Of a DNA stretch of 24,000 nt, positions 21,455 to 24,000 are shown piece after piece (position 1 is the stretch's first letter; each line of letters opens with the position of its first letter). The notes beneath the pieces were generated by a model, which saw nothing but the letters and a program-made list of their open reading frames with translations, was not told the origin of the DNA and ran no database searches. The stretch is taken from assembly GCA_017614995.1 (NCBI GenBank), contig JAGAAX010000028.1, positions 4,641-28,640 on the forward strand, given 5' to 3'. Both the position numbers and the translations under genes were made by a program. This stretch comes from Spirochaetaceae bacterium. GTDB lineage: Bacteria > Spirochaetota > Spirochaetia > Treponematales > Treponemataceae.

Positions 21455-24000
21455 TTAGAACATTACGCTGTTGTTGATTGTCTTTGTCAGCTTAAAGCGG
21501 ATGTCTTTCAGTTCAAGTCCGCTTTGAGCAAAGAAGAATTTAATCAGCGTATATTTTGAGGCAATCATTATTTCTTTTGAGATTGACTGCGATTCGTAGT
21601 TTGTGCCGTTCCATGTAAAGCTTCCTACTGCTATGCCGTTGCACGAAAGGTGCACAGGTAACTGTGCTACGCCGCCTTGAAGCGGTTTGGCTGTAATTGT
21701 CGTTTCGTAAAATCCGGGTCTTGTTGCGTTTAAGGCAATAGAGAACGTTCCGCCGCGCGTTACTTTTACTTTTGACAGGTCAACCGTAACTTCGCTGTCA
21801 ATATCAAAATATTCAATGTCTGTCTGCTCGTCCTCTGGTTTTGCAGCCCTGTTGATAATCTTTACAGGAATATTTGTATTTGTAAGCCGCTTCTGAGCGC
21901 GCGAGTGCATGAGGAAATGCAGAATGTTTTCGGCACATCTTAAAAGCTCAGCTCTGTCAAGAGTTCCGTCTTTAAGGCTTGCTTCTGTATTGTCGTTGTG
22001 AATGTTCTGCTCGCTGTCAGGGCAGACCATGTAGATGTCGTTCTGCGCCCTTACCATCGCCGCAAAGTTGGTTTTGTTCGGCTTTTCGCCCTCGTCGTTA
22101 AGGCTTGCCCACCAGTCTGTCATTACAATGCCGGTAAAGCCCCATTCATGTCTTAGAATTTTGGTAACAAGGTCATAGTTTGAGCCTGTCCAAATGCCGT
22201 TGAGCGCGCCGTAAGTTGTCATTACTACGTCTGCCTGTGCTTTTTTTACGGCAATTTCAAAACCTTTAAGGTAAATCTCTCTAAGCGCGCGTCCGCTTAT
22301 TACAGAATCTACAACTAGACGGCCGTATTCCTGGTTGTTGCCGCAGAAATGCTTGAGCGAGCCTGTAACGCCTGCGCTGTGCAGTCCTCTGATTACAGCA
22401 GAGGCACATTCGCCGGTGAGAAGCGGGTCTTCTGAAAAATATTCAAAGTTTCTTCCATTAAGCGGATTTCTGTGAATGTTCATTCCTGGCCCGAGCAGAA
22501 TTTCGATATTGTTTGCTACCATTTCAAGACCGGTAAATTGATATAGCTTTGTAATCAATTCGGTGTTGAATGTGCTTGCAATCATGGTGCCATTCGGCAG
22601 GCTGAATGCACTTGCACCGCTGTCAAGGCGCAGACCTGACGGGCCGTCTGTACAGCAGCCGCACGGTATGCCTTTTGCCAGAAGCGACTTTGAAACGCCG
22701 CCAAAAGCTGCTGCCGTTCCCGGCGTAACTTTGGGGCTGCCCATGCCTTCGCCGCGCACAATTTTGATTAAATCCTTATCTGTTAATTGGGCAAGAAAAT
22801 CGGGCATTGTAATTTTGCCGTCAAGAACGCCCTGTAATGGAATTATTTCACCTGTTTTTGCAGGCTGTGTCTGCGGATAGAACATTTTGACCATATCAAG
22901 GTCTTTGGCGCGGCGGTTTTTCTGCTCCGGTTTAGCTGCCTGAATATGTTCCATGGACATTTCAAGCCTGCCGTTTTTCTCAACAAGTTTGAAACGGTCA
23001 AAAGCGCGGGTAGGCTGGGCATAGCCGCCTAAGCGTTCCGTAACAATTGTTTCTGGAATATCGATTGAACCGGCTTCTATACATTCTCTTACAGAAGAAC
23101 CTGCCAAGAATTTGTAAGTTCCTTTTTCAATTACATAGCAGTTTCTGTTGCCGGTTAAGTTGGTGTCATCAAAAGACGCAATTTCGTTTAATGGAATTTC
23201 AAATTCAAGTGTTTCAGACTCTGCCGGTGCAAGCTCTTTTGTTTTGGCAAAGGCTGCAAGAACACGCGCCGGTTTTCCCAAAAGTCCCTGCGGCTGTTCC
23301 ACGTAAATCTGAACAACCTGCTTTGAGGCAGTTTTGCCGGTGTTTGTCACTTTTACATTAAAGCGCGCCGCCGGCACTGAAAGAATTGATTCGGCATTTT
23401 TCAGCACTGCGGAAACAGCTTTTGTTGTTGTCTTGAAATTTTCAGGCTTTATAGAAAATTCCGTATAAGAAAGACCGTAGCCAAAGGGGTAGCGCACCTT
23501 GTCTTTTGCCACTGTCTCAAAATAGCGGTAGCCGACATAGATATCTTCTGAATAGAAGTTGCGCTCTTTGTTGCCAAAATACTTAGAAGATGGATAGTCT
23601 TCTATATTATAGGCGATTGTGTCAGTCAGGCGGCCGGAAGGAGAAGCCTTTCCTGTGAGAATGTCTGCGACACCGTAGCCGCCGACCATTCCGCCCTGCC
23701 ATGCAAGAAGCACTGCGTCAGGTTTTGCTGTGTCTATAAAAGATGAATCTATGATGTTGCCGGTGTTCAGTACAACTGTAAATGACTTGAACGCCGCGCG
23801 CACATTCTTAAGGAGATTTTCTTCTTCTTCAGAAAGACGCCATGAGCCGGGCTCGTCTTTGTTGTCTTTGTCTTCTCCGGCTAGACGCCCAATAATTACA
23901 AGAGCGGCATCACTTTGAGAAGCTATATGCGCAACAAATTCTTTTGTAAGCGGCATTTCTTTCTGGCTCCATGGGTCATTTCCCCAGCCGATGCCTTCTT
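21455..24000 (-). CDS. Glycoside hydrolase family 3 (beta-glucosidase/xylosidase-like), permuted domain order, 5' end beyond the window
   Basis: GH3 C-domain motifs come first (AVLLAWQGGMVGGYGVADILTGKASPSGRL, PFGYGLSYTEF), followed by an Fn3-like segment. The catalytic-domain motifs come later (GRNFEYFSEDP, KHFCGNNQE, WGFTGIVMTDWW). The frame stays open upstream of the track's ATG 23956 up to base 24000. Confidence 0.85.
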   Translation of the reverse strand, partial: EGIGWGNDPWSQKEMPLTKEFVAHIASQSDAALVIIGRLAGEDKDNKDEPGSWRLSEEEENLLKNVRAAFKSFTVVLNTGNIIDSSFIDTAKPDAVLLAWQGGMVGGYGVADILTGKASPSGRLTDTIAYNIEDYPSSKYFGNKERNFYSEDIYVGYRYFETVAKDKVRYPFGYGLSYTEFSIKPENFKTTTKAVSAVLKNAESILSVPAARFNVKVTNTGKTASKQVVQIYVEQPQGLLGKPARVLAAFAKTKELAPAESETLEFEIPLNEIASFDDTNLTGNRNCYVIEKGTYKFLAGSSVRECIEAGSIDIPETIVTERLGGYAQPTRAFDRFKLVEKNGRLEMSMEHIQAAKPEQKNRRAKDLDMVKMFYPQTQPAKTGEIIPLQGVLDGKITMPDFLAQLTDKDLIKIVRGEGMGSPKVTPGTAAAFGGVSKSLLAKGIPCGCCTDGPSGLRLDSGASAFSLPNGTMIASTFNTELITKLYQFTGLEMVANNIEILLGPGMNIHRNPLNGRNFEYFSEDPLLTGECASAVIRGLHSAGVTGSLKHFCGNNQEYGRLVVDSVISGRALREIYLKGFEIAVKKAQADVVMTTYGALNGIWTGSNYDLVTKILRHEWGFTGIVMTDWWASLNDEGEKPNKTNFAAMVRAQNDIYMVCPDSEQNIHNDNTEASLKDGTLDRAELLRCAENILHFLMHSRAQKRLTNTNIPVKIINRAAKPEDEQTDIEYFDIDSEVTVDLSKVKVTRGGTFSIALNATRPGFYETTITAKPLQGGVAQLPVHLSCNGIAVGSFTWNGTNYESQSISKEIMIASKYTLIKFFFAQSGLELKDIRFKLTKTINNSVMF

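Noticed and set aside
23954-23956. ATG at 23956 as the true start of the GH3 gene
   Set aside because: The frame remains open upstream (…EGIGWGNDPWSQKK-M…) to the window edge. The upstream residues still look like GH3 sandwich-domain sequence, and no SD precedes this ATG.
1-24000. tRNA, rRNA, tmRNA or known riboswitch signatures in the intergenic regions
   Set aside because: I found no T-loop/anticodon-arm architecture or conserved riboswitch cores by eye. A covariance-model scan would be needed to exclude them formally.

Overview
This 24-kb chromosomal window holds 25 protein-coding genes, two of them cut by the window edges. I see no rRNA, tRNA, CRISPR array, transposase or integrase. Taxonomy cannot be assigned from the sequence alone; the content fits a host-associated anaerobe, possibly spirochete-like. 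Layout: (i) 1..7606, minus strand, is a tightly packed run of 12 co-directional genes. Eleven encode small-molecule-modifying or hydrolytic enzymes (six GNAT acetyltransferases, two SAM methyltransferases, an APH(3') kinase, a CAT acetyltransferase, an MBL hydrolase and a HIT protein), and one encodes an HExxH membrane protein. (ii) 7922..13194, plus strand, carries an aconitase-family hydro-lyase, a lipoprotein, uridine phosphorylase and a GNAT. (iii) 13324..14260, minus strand, is a stand-alone LytTR regulator with a 4-TM membrane partner. It diverges from a CreC-like kinase / CreD / OmpR-type regulator operon at 14459..18130. (iv) luxS and a P-loop kinase follow on the minus strand. (v) Next is a secreted acidic protein gene that a G10 tract in its signal-peptide region puts out of frame. 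(vi) Last is a GH3 glycosidase with permuted domain order, running off the right edge. The least ordinary feature is the non-coding DNA. Most of the larger intergenic gaps are filled with mosaic hairpin repeats. One is a GTCATT...AATC hairpin superfamily whose stems co-vary and which occurs as head-out doublets. Another is a GGCAAACCCTG-hairpin module in three copies. There is also a 23-nt perfect inverted repeat 7.9 kb apart and a 620-bp gene-free mosaic at 19618..20239. All functional calls rest on motifs read from the translations. No database search was possible.
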